A stretch of 64,000 nucleotides of DNA from a virus (IMGVR_UViG_3300025785_001261:1-64000); one strand, 5' to 3'; shown: positions 9,378 through 17,794, counted from the stretch's first letter. Made by a program: numbers and translations. The notes: generated from the letters alone by a model not told the origin.

Positions 9378-10340
9378 ATGACTACCCCCAAAGTAAAAAC
9401 GCACACCGACGGCATCTGGATTTCTGAAGCACGCGAAAAAGCCATGCTGGCTACATTGCACAGTTCAGCACAAGGTTTTAGGCCGGTCAAGCAGACACAG
9501 GAAAATTTTGGTTATGCAACTGTGTATGAACACCTGGGTCGACGCCTGCACTATCGATTGGTCGACAGTGTATTTCTACCCAATCCCGACGCTTGGTATG
9601 ATTCCACTGCGGTCATTGTTACCGATAATCATGTCATGAAACCTGTGGCCGGACGTATCATTTCTACTCTTCCAGAGTTCTGGAGCATCTGGCGTTTTGA
9701 ACCCAGCTATGTAGATCGTAGACCTGTCAAAAGATTCAACTGTTTTATGAACCGTCCACGTGGTGATCGCAACATGGTCTATTATGAATTGATACGTAGG
9801 AATCTATTAGATTCGGGGTTCGTCAGCTACAACTGTACCGCGGCCGAACTAGATCAGGAATACACGGCTGCGGATCTATCACGCTACAGTGCAGAGCATG
9901 CGGTTGCACAGGTACCTTACAACACGGTAGAAGCACATGGCACGCTAGAACAGTGCATCATTGATTCAAGTGTGAGCCTGGTGTTGGAAACCTATACCGC
10001 CGACGATCACATTGTGTTGAGTGAAAAAATCTTTAGAGTGATGCAATTACCACGCCCATGGTTGGTATATACCAGTCCTGGTGCTGTGTCTTTGTTGCGT
10101 GGTTATGGATTTGATGTGCTGGACGAGTATGTGGACACTGCCTATGATGATATACAGATGCACAGCCAACGATTAACGGCTGTGTTGGATCAACTGCAAC
10201 AGATCAATACTGCCTGGACCGGCGCAGATTTTGCACGTTTTGATCAGGCTGCGCAACACAACAGAAATCTACTGAACACCTGGGCCGATGCTTGGCCTCA
10301 GCGTTTAGAAAATATCGTACAAGAATTAAAAAATATATGA
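9378..10340 (+). CDS. GT10-like ('TEK' family) putative glycosyltransferase, paralogue 1
   Basis: SLVLET...LSEKIFR...PW...GFDVLD..VD.AYD. Confidence 0.55.
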   Translation: MTTPKVKTHTDGIWISEAREKAMLATLHSSAQGFRPVKQTQENFGYATVYEHLGRRLHYRLVDSVFLPNPDAWYDSTAVIVTDNHVMKPVAGRIISTLPEFWSIWRFEPSYVDRRPVKRFNCFMNRPRGDRNMVYYELIRRNLLDSGFVSYNCTAAELDQEYTAADLSRYSAEHAVAQVPYNTVEAHGTLEQCIIDSSVSLVLETYTADDHIVLSEKIFRVMQLPRPWLVYTSPGAVSLLRGYGFDVLDEYVDTAYDDIQMHSQRLTAVLDQLQQINTAWTGADFARFDQAAQHNRNLLNTWADAWPQRLENIVQELKNI

Positions 10341-11326
10341 TCCGGTTTGTAGGCTCAGAATTCTTACAGCAACCCCGTGATGTCACTGGGCCCGAGCTGA
10401 TCATGATCGAAGATCATCACTACAATGAAGAGCTTGGTTGTTATCCGATACAACAACTGTTGGATGACAGTCCATATCAGCACACTGTGGTGTTTGATCA
10501 TGTGTTGCGACACGAAGGTCCCTTGTCCAGATATGACTTGATTTTCGTACCGGCTTTCTTGGCCAGGACCTGTAGAGATTTCGTACAACAGAATATCGTC
10601 CCTGATTGGGGGCAACGGCCTTACACTTTCAATTTTATGATCAACAAGCCTAGACTACATAGAGAATTTCTACTGGTATTGATTGATCATTTTAAATTAA
10701 CCAATTATACACATACCTTGTGCTGGAAGAAAGCCTGGATCAATCCTGACCTTGTTGATGCACGCTATCGGCCGCTGGTACGTCAGCCGGTCAGTATCGA
10801 ACCAAGACAATTCCTACTGGGGCAAGAAAATCTCCTGGATCGCGGTCTACAATATCGACAGGTACGCAATAGCCAAAACTATCAGAGTTTTCTGCAACAC
10901 GAACTATTTGAAAATTCCTGCGTCAGTATCATAACCGAACCGGCCTTTTATGAACAGGAAACCATCATTACCGAAAAGACCATCATGGCCTTATGGGGTG
11001 GTACTATTCCCATCTGGATGGGTGGCTGGCGCATAGCCGACTATCTCGGAGATCTAGGATTTGATACCTTTGATGATGTGGTAGATCATTCCTATCAAGC
11101 TCTGGCAGATCCATGGGACCGTGCTTACTACGCCATCGAACGCAATCTGGCCCTGTTACAGGATCATGCCAGTCTGGAACGATTCTGCAGCCAGAATCGC
11201 GAACGTTTTGAACACAATTTGGATCTGGTCAAATCCAATATATTCCAACGACAGTGTACTGAGATGATGGCACAGCGATCGGAACTGTCAGGATTGTTTA
11301 CAGATTTGTCAGGCCCTGCATGCTAA
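10337..11326 (+). CDS. GT10-like putative glycosyltransferase, paralogue 2
   Basis: SIITEP...ITEKTIMALWGGTIPIW.GG...GFDTFDDVVDHSY; start reassigned to MIRFVG. Confidence 0.6.
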   Translation: MIRFVGSEFLQQPRDVTGPELIMIEDHHYNEELGCYPIQQLLDDSPYQHTVVFDHVLRHEGPLSRYDLIFVPAFLARTCRDFVQQNIVPDWGQRPYTFNFMINKPRLHREFLLVLIDHFKLTNYTHTLCWKKAWINPDLVDARYRPLVRQPVSIEPRQFLLGQENLLDRGLQYRQVRNSQNYQSFLQHELFENSCVSIITEPAFYEQETIITEKTIMALWGGTIPIWMGGWRIADYLGDLGFDTFDDVVDHSYQALADPWDRAYYAIERNLALLQDHASLERFCSQNRERFEHNLDLVKSNIFQRQCTEMMAQRSELSGLFTDLSGPAC

Positions 11327-12420
11327 GGATCTTTGGACCCACTTATCGCTACGCAGGCGAACGTCTTACTCAGGCCGAAACCATCTTCATAGAGGATCAT
11401 CACTATGATGAACAGGCCCGTGGTTATCCAGTACAACAACTGCTGTACAACAGCACGTGTGATCCACATGCACATCTAGTGGTCATAAGCGGCCTGGCTC
11501 ATGACGATGTTCTAGCAGAATATCCGCATGTGTGCCTGCCCTGGTATGCTGCCAATCAAGTGGATCAGTTTGAACAGGAACATATACAGCCTGACTGGAC
11601 CCACAAGACTGCCACATTTAACTTTATGATCAACAAGCCCAGACTGCACAGGAAATTTCTCCTACAGTTGATCGACCATTTTGCGCTGACCGATTACACA
11701 CACAGTCTGCCTTGGCAACGCACTCAAATAGTCACAGAGGATCTGCTGGGTCTGACACAGAATGCTTTGTATCGACATATCATACAGAAACATGGGCAGG
11801 TACCTTGTACCACCACTGACTATAGATTTGGTCCCGAACAGATGATGGATCAAGGAATCCGCAATGGCGCATTCCGCAACAGCCAGACCTACAATGGACT
11901 TTTGCGTGCTCGTGTGTTTGAACCTGCCTGTATCAGCCTCATAACCGATGTGATGTTTTTTGAACGCGAAACAAGAATCTCAGAAAAGACCATCATGGCC
12001 ATATACGGTGGTACTGTTCCTATCTGGGTAGGCGGGTGGCGCATTGCGTCGGGCATGCGAAACTTGGGATTTGATACCTTTGATGACATAGTGGATCATT
12101 CATACGAAGATTTACCCGATCCCTTGGATCGTTGTTATCATGCGGTCAAATTAAACCTGCATCTACTTCAGGAGCCCGATTGGATACGCAACTTCCTGGA
12201 AAAAAATCACGCTAGATTACAACACAATCTGGATCTGTGCCGCGCCAATGTTTTCCGTACACGTTGCCTACAACAGATACAAGAGTTTGATCCCAAGACC
12301 CAACAGGACCTACTAGGTATCCTAGACCGTACTGCTAAATTTTCTTCTACCCTGGGTGATGTCACGGCTCGTTTGAGTCCTGCTCAAATATCTAATTCCA
12401 AACCGGTTGACAAGTCATAA
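11320..12420 (+). CDS. GT10-like putative glycosyltransferase, paralogue 3
   Basis: Close paralogue of the preceding gene (IEDHHY, FNFMINKPRLHR, SEKTIMA, GFDTFDDIVDHSY). Confidence 0.6.
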   Translation: MLRIFGPTYRYAGERLTQAETIFIEDHHYDEQARGYPVQQLLYNSTCDPHAHLVVISGLAHDDVLAEYPHVCLPWYAANQVDQFEQEHIQPDWTHKTATFNFMINKPRLHRKFLLQLIDHFALTDYTHSLPWQRTQIVTEDLLGLTQNALYRHIIQKHGQVPCTTTDYRFGPEQMMDQGIRNGAFRNSQTYNGLLRARVFEPACISLITDVMFFERETRISEKTIMAIYGGTVPIWVGGWRIASGMRNLGFDTFDDIVDHSYEDLPDPLDRCYHAVKLNLHLLQEPDWIRNFLEKNHARLQHNLDLCRANVFRTRCLQQIQEFDPKTQQDLLGILDRTAKFSSTLGDVTARLSPAQISNSKPVDKS

Positions 12421-12435
12421 ATATCTGTGTATAAT
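12407..12435 (+). promoter_or_regulatory. consensus sigma70 promoter driving the leader peptide
   Basis: TTGACA-17 nt-TATAAT. Confidence 0.9.
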
Positions 12436-12442
12436 ACTTACT

Positions 12443-12541
12443 ATGAAGAACACAACTTTACACAGCTCCTTGTTAAAAGACCAAATGATTGGACTGTCCA
12501 ATCTATGGGTGCTGGAGTGTGGCCGAAAGGGTTCTGAATAA
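12443..12541 (+). CDS. putative 32-aa leader (attenuator) peptide, leaderless
   Basis: ATG 7 nt after the -10; MKNTTLHSSLLKDQMIGLSNLWVLECGRKGSE*; the stop codon lies in the 5' arm of an antiterminator. Confidence 0.65.
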   Translation: MKNTTLHSSLLKDQMIGLSNLWVLECGRKGSE

Positions 12542-12597
12542 GCTGAGAATTAACTGGATTATTCAAGAGCCCTGGAATTCAAACTCCGGGGTTTTTT
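12529..12597 (+). promoter_or_regulatory. transcription attenuator: mutually exclusive antiterminator and intrinsic terminator
   Basis: GGGTTCTGAATAA (12529-41) pairs with TTATTCAAGAGCCC (12559-72), which overlaps the 5' arm of terminator CCCTGGA..TCCGGGG-TTTTTT (12570-97). Confidence 0.7.
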
Positions 12598-12611
12598 ATT
12601 GAGGAAAAGAA

Positions 12612-12857
12612 ATGACAGTTTTTACAACCACCTCTGTGGCACAAGATCGATATGCCACTTGCCAACAGTGTGAGCACTGGATCAATGCCACCCGGATGTG
12701 CGGACAGTGTGGATGTTTTATGCCGTTCAAGGTGCGTTTTTACAATGCCAATTGTCCGGTTGGTCGTTGGAGTCAGGAACGCGGATCTCGATCTGCTGTA
12801 GAGCCCGACTTGTCGACCTTTGCAGTATCAGGAGAAAATAATGAAACCAACAACTAA
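12612..12857 (+). CDS. small Cys-rich metal-binding protein (DUF6171-like)
   Basis: RY..CxxC...CxxCGCFM..K....CP.GRW; GAGG RBS. Confidence 0.7.
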   Translation: MTVFTTTSVAQDRYATCQQCEHWINATRMCGQCGCFMPFKVRFYNANCPVGRWSQERGSRSAVEPDLSTFAVSGENNETNN

Positions 12858-13011
12858 CAGAAAAGAAACAAAATTTGTACTAGCACCCGAAGAGCGGGCG
12901 GCCTTGATTGAAGCCAAGTATGCACGAGCACAGGCACAGGTCGAAGCCATGATAGCACAGGTCGAAGCAGTACGCAACTTGAAAACTGTGTATCATCAAA
13001 TTGAAGATTAA
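12841..13011 (+). CDS. small hypothetical coiled-coil protein
   Basis: AGGAG RBS before ATG 12841. Confidence 0.6.
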   Translation: MKPTTNRKETKFVLAPEERAALIEAKYARAQAQVEAMIAQVEAVRNLKTVYHQIED

Positions 13012-13023
13012 AAGGAGGCGATT

Positions 13024-13608
13024 ATGCCAGCAGTATTTTTAACCAGTGACACGCACTTTGGTCATGCGGGTGTATGTCGCTTCACACGAGCAGATGGTGT
13101 TACCAAGTTAAGGCCCTGGACTGATCCAGAAGAAATGGACGAAGCCATGGTCCGGGCCTGGAATGAACGTGTGCGACCCAACGACAAGGTATATCACCTG
13201 GGTGATGTTGTGATCAACCGTCGGGCCTTGAAAACCATGTCCAGATTAAATGGCGACAAGGTCTTGATTCGTGGTAACCATGACATCTTTCCAGACGCAG
13301 AATATCGCGAGTATTTTAGAGAACTGCGTGCCTACCATGTGATGAATGGCATGATCCTAAGTCACATACCTATCCACAGCGAAAGCCTGGGTAGATTTGG
13401 TGTCAACATACACGGGCATACCCACGCCAATCGTGTAATGCGACCGTTGGCCACAAGCGGACGGTCTGATGTTGTTGATGTCAGATACCACTGTGTCTGC
13501 GTTGAGCAGACCGATTTTGCTCCAATCCTGTTTGAGGATGTTGTTAAACGGATTGAAGCAGAAGGTGGTGTGATTGGTTTTAGGAACGGCAACGGTCCTT
13601 CAATGTAA
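13024..13608 (+). CDS. calcineurin-like metallophosphoesterase
   Basis: SDTHFGH, HLGD, RGNHD, SH.P, HGHTH motifs; AGGAGG RBS. Confidence 0.92.
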   Translation: MPAVFLTSDTHFGHAGVCRFTRADGVTKLRPWTDPEEMDEAMVRAWNERVRPNDKVYHLGDVVINRRALKTMSRLNGDKVLIRGNHDIFPDAEYREYFRELRAYHVMNGMILSHIPIHSESLGRFGVNIHGHTHANRVMRPLATSGRSDVVDVRYHCVCVEQTDFAPILFEDVVKRIEAEGGVIGFRNGNGPSM

Positions 13609-13612
13609 TAAA

Positions 13613-13686
13613 GCGGGATTAGTTTAGGGGCAAAACTAGAGATTTCCAATCTTTCGTCATCGGTTCGATTCCGATATCCCGCTCCA
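13613..13686 (+). tRNA. tRNA-Gly (TCC)
   Basis: GCGGGAT/ATCCCGC acceptor stem, loop TTTCCAA, TCCA end. Confidence 0.92.
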
Positions 13687-13691
13687 AGTAT

Positions 13692-13765
13692 TCCGGGCAA
13701 GTGTTACGGTAGCACAGCAGACTCCAAACCTGCTGGACGGGGTTCGATTCCCTGGCTCGGAGCCA
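13692..13765 (+). tRNA. tRNA-Trp (CCA)
   Basis: TCCGGGC/GCTCGGA acceptor stem, loop CTCCAAA, GCCA end. Confidence 0.9.
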
Positions 13766-13768
13766 TGT

Positions 13769-13797
13769 TTGACAAGCAGTAGAAACAAGTGTATAAT
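13769..13797 (+). promoter_or_regulatory. consensus sigma70 promoter
   Basis: TTGACA-17 nt-TATAAT. Confidence 0.88.
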
Positions 13798-13799
13798 AG

Positions 13800-14000
13800 T
13801 ATTACTCATTGTGAAGATTGTGTGCGAAAGATTAAGCAATCCTAACTGTTGAGGAAGATAACCACCCTGTGCGAGTTACTCCACGAGAGAACGCCGTATG
13901 CTGAGACGGCTTAACGACCACAGGGGAACGGCTGACGCATGGTAACCAATCCATCCATAAGTTCTTAAACATGTGACAGTGGTCTTCACAATGAGTAATA
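13800..14000 (+). ncRNA. ~200-nt structured ncRNA, rod-like (6S-like candidate)
   Basis: Perfect 18-bp terminal inverted repeat (TATTACTCATTGTGAAGA / TCTTCACAATGAGTAATA), inner helices CCCTGTG/CACAGGG and GCCGT/ACGGC; own promoter; abuts tRNA-Cys. Confidence 0.7.
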
Positions 14001-14001
14001 T

Positions 14002-14079
14002 GCAACGGTGGCAGAGTGGCCCAATGCGCAGGACTGCAAATCCTGAAAGCCGCTGGTTCAAATCCAGCCCGTTGCTCCA
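14002..14079 (+). tRNA. tRNA-Cys (GCA)
   Basis: GCAACGG/CCGTTGC acceptor, CAGGA-CTGCAAA-TCCTG, TCCA end. Confidence 0.92.
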
Positions 14080-14082
14080 GAT

Positions 14083-14157
14083 GCTCCGTTCGTCTATCGG
14101 TTAGGACACCCGCCTTTCACGCAGGTAAGAGCAGTTCGATTCTGCTACGGAGCGCCA
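14083..14157 (+). tRNA. tRNA-Glu (TTC)
   Basis: GCTCCGT/ACGGAGC acceptor, loop CTTTCAC, GCCA end. Confidence 0.92.
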
Positions 14158-14181
14158 GATATATACAATAAAGGAACCGGT

Positions 14182-14325
14182 ATGCCAGTAAAAGAAACCA
14201 TTAATCGAGCCTACGGCAATACTCCACGAGACCTGCCGGATCCATTCAGCTGGACCGACGATTTCCTGCCCAGAACGTTCAAGTATTTTTGGTTGCGCTG
14301 GATCGTTCGGCGATATTTCCGATAA
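14182..14325 (+). CDS. small hypothetical protein (47 aa)
   Basis: AAGGA RBS; MPVKETINRAYGNTPRDLPDPFSWTDDFLPRTFKYFWLRWIVRRYFR*; below the ORF-track cutoff. Confidence 0.55.
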   Translation: MPVKETINRAYGNTPRDLPDPFSWTDDFLPRTFKYFWLRWIVRRYFR

Positions 14326-14368
14326 GATCTGTCAACTCTAGTGCGTGTCAAGGCGTTATTATAGTACA

Positions 14369-14500
14369 ATGACACCTTTGATACTACAGGTTAAAGAAAT
14401 GCTAAGTCGAAACTTGGAGGCCTGGGATATTGCTCGCCGACTACATGTCAACATAGATCTGGTGCGTGAAGCCATACGCATACTGGACCAATTTAATTGA
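14369..14500 (+). CDS. small HTH-like protein (43 aa)
   Basis: MTPLILQVKEMLSRNLEAWDIARRLHVNIDLVREAIRILDQFN*; the DIARRLHVN...V pattern is typical of HTH. Confidence 0.55.
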   Translation: MTPLILQVKEMLSRNLEAWDIARRLHVNIDLVREAIRILDQFN

Positions 14501-14502
14501 TC

Positions 14503-14605
14503 TGCTGACCTCGACTCGCAAGAGTATTCAGCATCCGCCGGAGCGAAAAGAGGATGGGCTGCTGCCGCGGGGTTTGATAGTTTCCTGACACAAAAATAAC
14601 TATCA
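14503..14605. ncRNA. candidate structured RNA element
   Basis: GC-rich intergenic stretch with helices GCTGA/TCAGC around ACTC-GCAA-GAGT, ATCC/GGAT, and TGATAGTT/AACTATCA. Confidence 0.4.
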
Positions 14606-14631
14606 CTACTTTTCCTAGTAAATATTCCAGA

Positions 14632-15222
14632 ATGATACAAGACTTCAAATATTTCCATTGGGGCATTTATCCAGAAGACACGCCGGTGTACGGTCTGTAT
14701 GAGCCGGTACTAGACAAATTTTTATTGGTTTTGAATTCGCTTGAACATGCCGAGATGTTAAAATACCTCAATTGCTCGCGATATGGATTGCATATCTGTA
14801 GATTGGATCAGGCCAGCAATTTCCAAGAAATCCTGATCGATAATGAATGCTGTGAAAACTGGTCATTTACCAACAAAGCAACAGATTTGTTTGTGGAGCA
14901 GGCACTGAATGATCTTGATCCAATCATGGTCAAAGAATTTTGTACATCATCGGACGAAAAAGTCTGGAACGTCATTGAAGAAAAACGCTGGCTGATGTTT
15001 TGTCAACATGTGCTAGAACTACTGGATACATCCTACATATACAATAAATTATTCAAATCATTAGGAAGTTTTCTACGCATAGAAGAATTTCAAAATATTG
15101 AAAGCATCAGCACAGTGCGCAGTGAAATTTTATCTGCGCTTTTTTTAGGATCCAACATAGCCGACGCACAAGAACAAGTAAAGAAAATATTAAGTAGAAT
15201 TTCACAAGAACACCTGATATGA
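14632..15222 (+). CDS. hypothetical protein
   Basis: 196 aa, TAAATA box just upstream, coupled to the PP-loop gene. Confidence 0.7.
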   Translation: MIQDFKYFHWGIYPEDTPVYGLYEPVLDKFLLVLNSLEHAEMLKYLNCSRYGLHICRLDQASNFQEILIDNECCENWSFTNKATDLFVEQALNDLDPIMVKEFCTSSDEKVWNVIEEKRWLMFCQHVLELLDTSYIYNKLFKSLGSFLRIEEFQNIESISTVRSEILSALFLGSNIADAQEQVKKILSRISQEHLI

Positions 15223-16355
15223 GCAAAATTTTATATGTAAATCAAGCACAGTTGAACGATCCTAATATTGCACCGGTGTTGCCAACTTTGAATTCTTGCT
15301 TTGATTGGAAAAGGTATCAGGATTTAATATCTTTAAACCTGCATGCCGGAGCATTTTACTGGCGGACCGGAACCAATAATTTTCCTTTTAAAAATGACTT
15401 GATTGATTCCTACGGGTTTAGCGTTCCCACGTATGACCCCAGCTTCGACCTGAGTTTTACCGACATCACCGATCAACTGGCATGTGATTTGCTGAAAACA
15501 AAAAAGGACAAACCGTGGCTAGTGCTGTACAGTGGCGGTATAGATTCTACCGTGATGGTGGTAGCCTTGTTGAAAAATTTAAGCAAAGACGAGCTATCAA
15601 ATGTTGTCATAGCATGCAGCCAACACAGCGTGATAGAAAATCCTAGATTTTTTTATAATCATATCAGACCAAATTTCCAAATCGTTGACAGCACCAACAT
15701 AATGTTTGGTCAAGAACTTTTACAAAAGTATCATGCATTTGAGGGCGAACCAGCCGACATGCTGTACGGTCCTGGGGCCAAATTGTTGCTGGCCAACGGC
15801 AATCAATCCTTGCTTAAAGATTGGCGCCGAGATCCAGACGAATTGTTGCAGGGTCTTAACAGGCTGTGTGGTATAGGAAACAGCCATTGGTATTATGAAT
15901 TGGCCCGAGAAAATATTGATTCAACAGACATTCCAGTCAACAACTACTATGATTTTTTTTGGTGGAAAGCATTTAATCTTTGGTGGTCTGGTGTGATAAT
16001 TCAAGGATTCAGCAAATTCCAAAAAAACGATGGATACACTACCTTAGAAACTTTTAGAAACAATTACAACTGCTGGTACAACACTACCGATTATCAACTC
16101 TGGGCCATGAACAACCACCTGGATGTACGATACTCAACCAATGTAGCACATAGGAAATTAGGATCCAAGCAGTACATATATGATTTTGATCGAAACGAAT
16201 ATTATTATCATTTTAAAACCAAATCAGCATCGGTAGGCAGACGCCAAAATCTCAAATCTTGGTTTTGCTTGACTGACGATAATCAATCTCTATATCTAGA
16301 ACGTGACCTTGATCAAATTTTGAGCTTGTTGCCGGACCATATCAATCGGTCATAG
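15219..16355 (+). CDS. PP-loop (adenine nucleotide alpha-hydrolase) protein, asparagine-synthetase C-domain-like
   Basis: VLYSGGIDST, EGEPADMLYG. Confidence 0.7.
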   Translation: MSKILYVNQAQLNDPNIAPVLPTLNSCFDWKRYQDLISLNLHAGAFYWRTGTNNFPFKNDLIDSYGFSVPTYDPSFDLSFTDITDQLACDLLKTKKDKPWLVLYSGGIDSTVMVVALLKNLSKDELSNVVIACSQHSVIENPRFFYNHIRPNFQIVDSTNIMFGQELLQKYHAFEGEPADMLYGPGAKLLLANGNQSLLKDWRRDPDELLQGLNRLCGIGNSHWYYELARENIDSTDIPVNNYYDFFWWKAFNLWWSGVIIQGFSKFQKNDGYTTLETFRNNYNCWYNTTDYQLWAMNNHLDVRYSTNVAHRKLGSKQYIYDFDRNEYYYHFKTKSASVGRRQNLKSWFCLTDDNQSLYLERDLDQILSLLPDHINRS

Positions 16356-16940
16356 ATTCAGTCTGATTCCAAATACCATGCTGTAGCGGTCCCGTTCACT
16401 GGCATTTTGTCCCACATGCCAGCTGTCATTGGTATTGGCAGCAAAATAACCCAGACCCGAGCCGGTGGGTATCCTTAGAGGATTGTCTCCTTCTTTGGTG
16501 GTGTAGACCGTGGTACTCTGTGCTGGATCATCTCCGTCGATAAAATATATCATGCCTTGTAGTACATGCATGCGATCGTCGGTGTGTGGTCGTATGAAAT
16601 AGCCCGGCGTGTCCTTGGTAAAGATTCCATACATGAAAGTCATGGAATCCATGCGATCAGCTGACACACCCCACAGAGCCGGAAAATGAGTGTCCCACAA
16701 CTGATCAATCATGCGGCGCTTGAATTCACCGTGTTCCACATACTGTTCGATCTGCAAAAGGGTTGGTTGTGTTACTGTGCGTACACGATAACGAGTGGGG
16801 AAACTATTTTGCCCATAACCGGCTTCATCGGGTCGCCAATCTTCCTGTGCCAATTCGGCGACAATTTGGTCATGTGTGGCCGGCAGATCCAATTTGAGCG
16901 TGTAGATCCAATCGCGCTGATGTGTAAAGATAGCATTCAT
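16350..16940 (-). CDS. 2OG-Fe(II) oxygenase family protein
   Basis: D.PGY.I.PHTDD...SWH.G....RYS (HxD...H...R); TATAAATA 6 nt upstream. Confidence 0.75.
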   Translation of the reverse strand: MNAIFTHQRDWIYTLKLDLPATHDQIVAELAQEDWRPDEAGYGQNSFPTRYRVRTVTQPTLLQIEQYVEHGEFKRRMIDQLWDTHFPALWGVSADRMDSMTFMYGIFTKDTPGYFIRPHTDDRMHVLQGMIYFIDGDDPAQSTTVYTTKEGDNPLRIPTGSGLGYFAANTNDSWHVGQNASERDRYSMVFGIRLNL

Positions 16941-16958
16941 GTGCCATATTTATAGACC

Positions 16959-16987
16959 TTGACAAGTCAGCGCAAATCATGTATAAT
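16959..16987 (+). promoter_or_regulatory. consensus sigma70 promoter
   Basis: TTGACA-17 nt-TATAAT. Confidence 0.88.
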
Positions 16988-17007
16988 AGCTTTTTACAGG
17001 AGAAATC

Positions 17008-17235
17008 ATGAAATCAAGAATTGACAGTCGCGGTCCCAAAATTGACATGGAACAGTGTGTGAGACAGGCCGGAGGCGGGCGCTACGACATGGTCTTGATT
17101 GGTGCGCAACGATTGCGTGAACTCAAACGAGTACACAGGGAAGATGCCACTCGTTATGTCACCTGCGTGGATGCCCTGACTGACATCCAAAACGGCATCG
17201 TGGATCTCGAAGATTATCTAGCCAAAGTACAATAA
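17008..17235 (+). CDS. rpoZ: RNA polymerase omega subunit-like protein
   Basis: GGRYDMVLIGAQRLREL...VDALTDIQNG matches the omega motifs NRFDLVLVAARRARQ / ALREIAEG. Confidence 0.75.
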   Translation: MKSRIDSRGPKIDMEQCVRQAGGGRYDMVLIGAQRLRELKRVHREDATRYVTCVDALTDIQNGIVDLEDYLAKVQ

Positions 17236-17244
17236 GGAGACATC

Positions 17245-17406
17245 ATGGCACGACCACAACAAACAGCAAGTGAACTGAGTCGCACACTAGCAGGACAATG
17301 GAGCAAAAGCGAAAAACGAGCCAAAATGAGTCGCAGTATCATGGAAGCCAATCAACGCACCAAGGCCATCAACAAGGCCATCAAGCAACAGCAGTTCATG
17401 AAGTAA
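17245..17406 (+). CDS. small basic hypothetical protein (53 aa)
   Basis: AAGGAG RBS; MARPQQTASELSRTLAGQWSKSEKRAKMSRS...FMK*. Confidence 0.65.
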   Translation: MARPQQTASELSRTLAGQWSKSEKRAKMSRSIMEANQRTKAINKAIKQQQFMK

Positions 17407-17413
17407 CAGCCAC

Positions 17414-17501
17414 GGAGGGTTGGCCGAGCGGTTAAGGCAACAGTTTGCTAAACTGTCACTCAGTAATGGGTGGATAGGTTCGATTCCTATACCCTCCGCC
17501 A
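17414..17501 (+). tRNA. tRNA-Ser (GCT)
   Basis: GGAGGGT/ACCCTCC acceptor, loop TTGCTAA, long variable arm, GCCA end. Confidence 0.93.
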
Positions 17502-17557
17502 AGATTTTTATCACAGATTTGGCTACAAATAAGTAAAGCACAACATAAGGAAACAAC

Positions 17558-17794
17558 ATGGCAGCCAAAGGTGGAAATCAAAAAAGTCGTCGAGCAGATC
17601 CAATGCGTACCAAGAATGGTCGAGAGCGCCTGGGTCCTCTTAATGTAGCACAATTAGAAAAACTGCTGGCTAACGCTCGCAAAAAGAATCAGGCCAAAAT
17701 TGCCCGTAGGATCGCTGTGCTAAAGAGTCGTTCTGGTTACCGAGCTCCCTTGTTGGCAGTAGATGGCATCATGGCCGACACACCGGCCCAGTAA
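17558..17794 (+). CDS. small basic hypothetical protein
   Basis: AAGGA RBS; Lys/Arg-rich, 78 aa. Confidence 0.7.
   Translation: MAAKGGNQKSRRADPMRTKNGRERLGPLNVAQLEKLLANARKKNQAKIARRIAVLKSRSGYRAPLLAVDGIMADTPAQ

Noticed and set aside
12934-12968. Direct repeat GCACAGGTCGAAGC x2 (and CAAGGCCATCAA x2 near 17361)
   Set aside because: In-frame coding micro-duplications (AQVEA, KAI); only two copies and no spacers, so not CRISPR.
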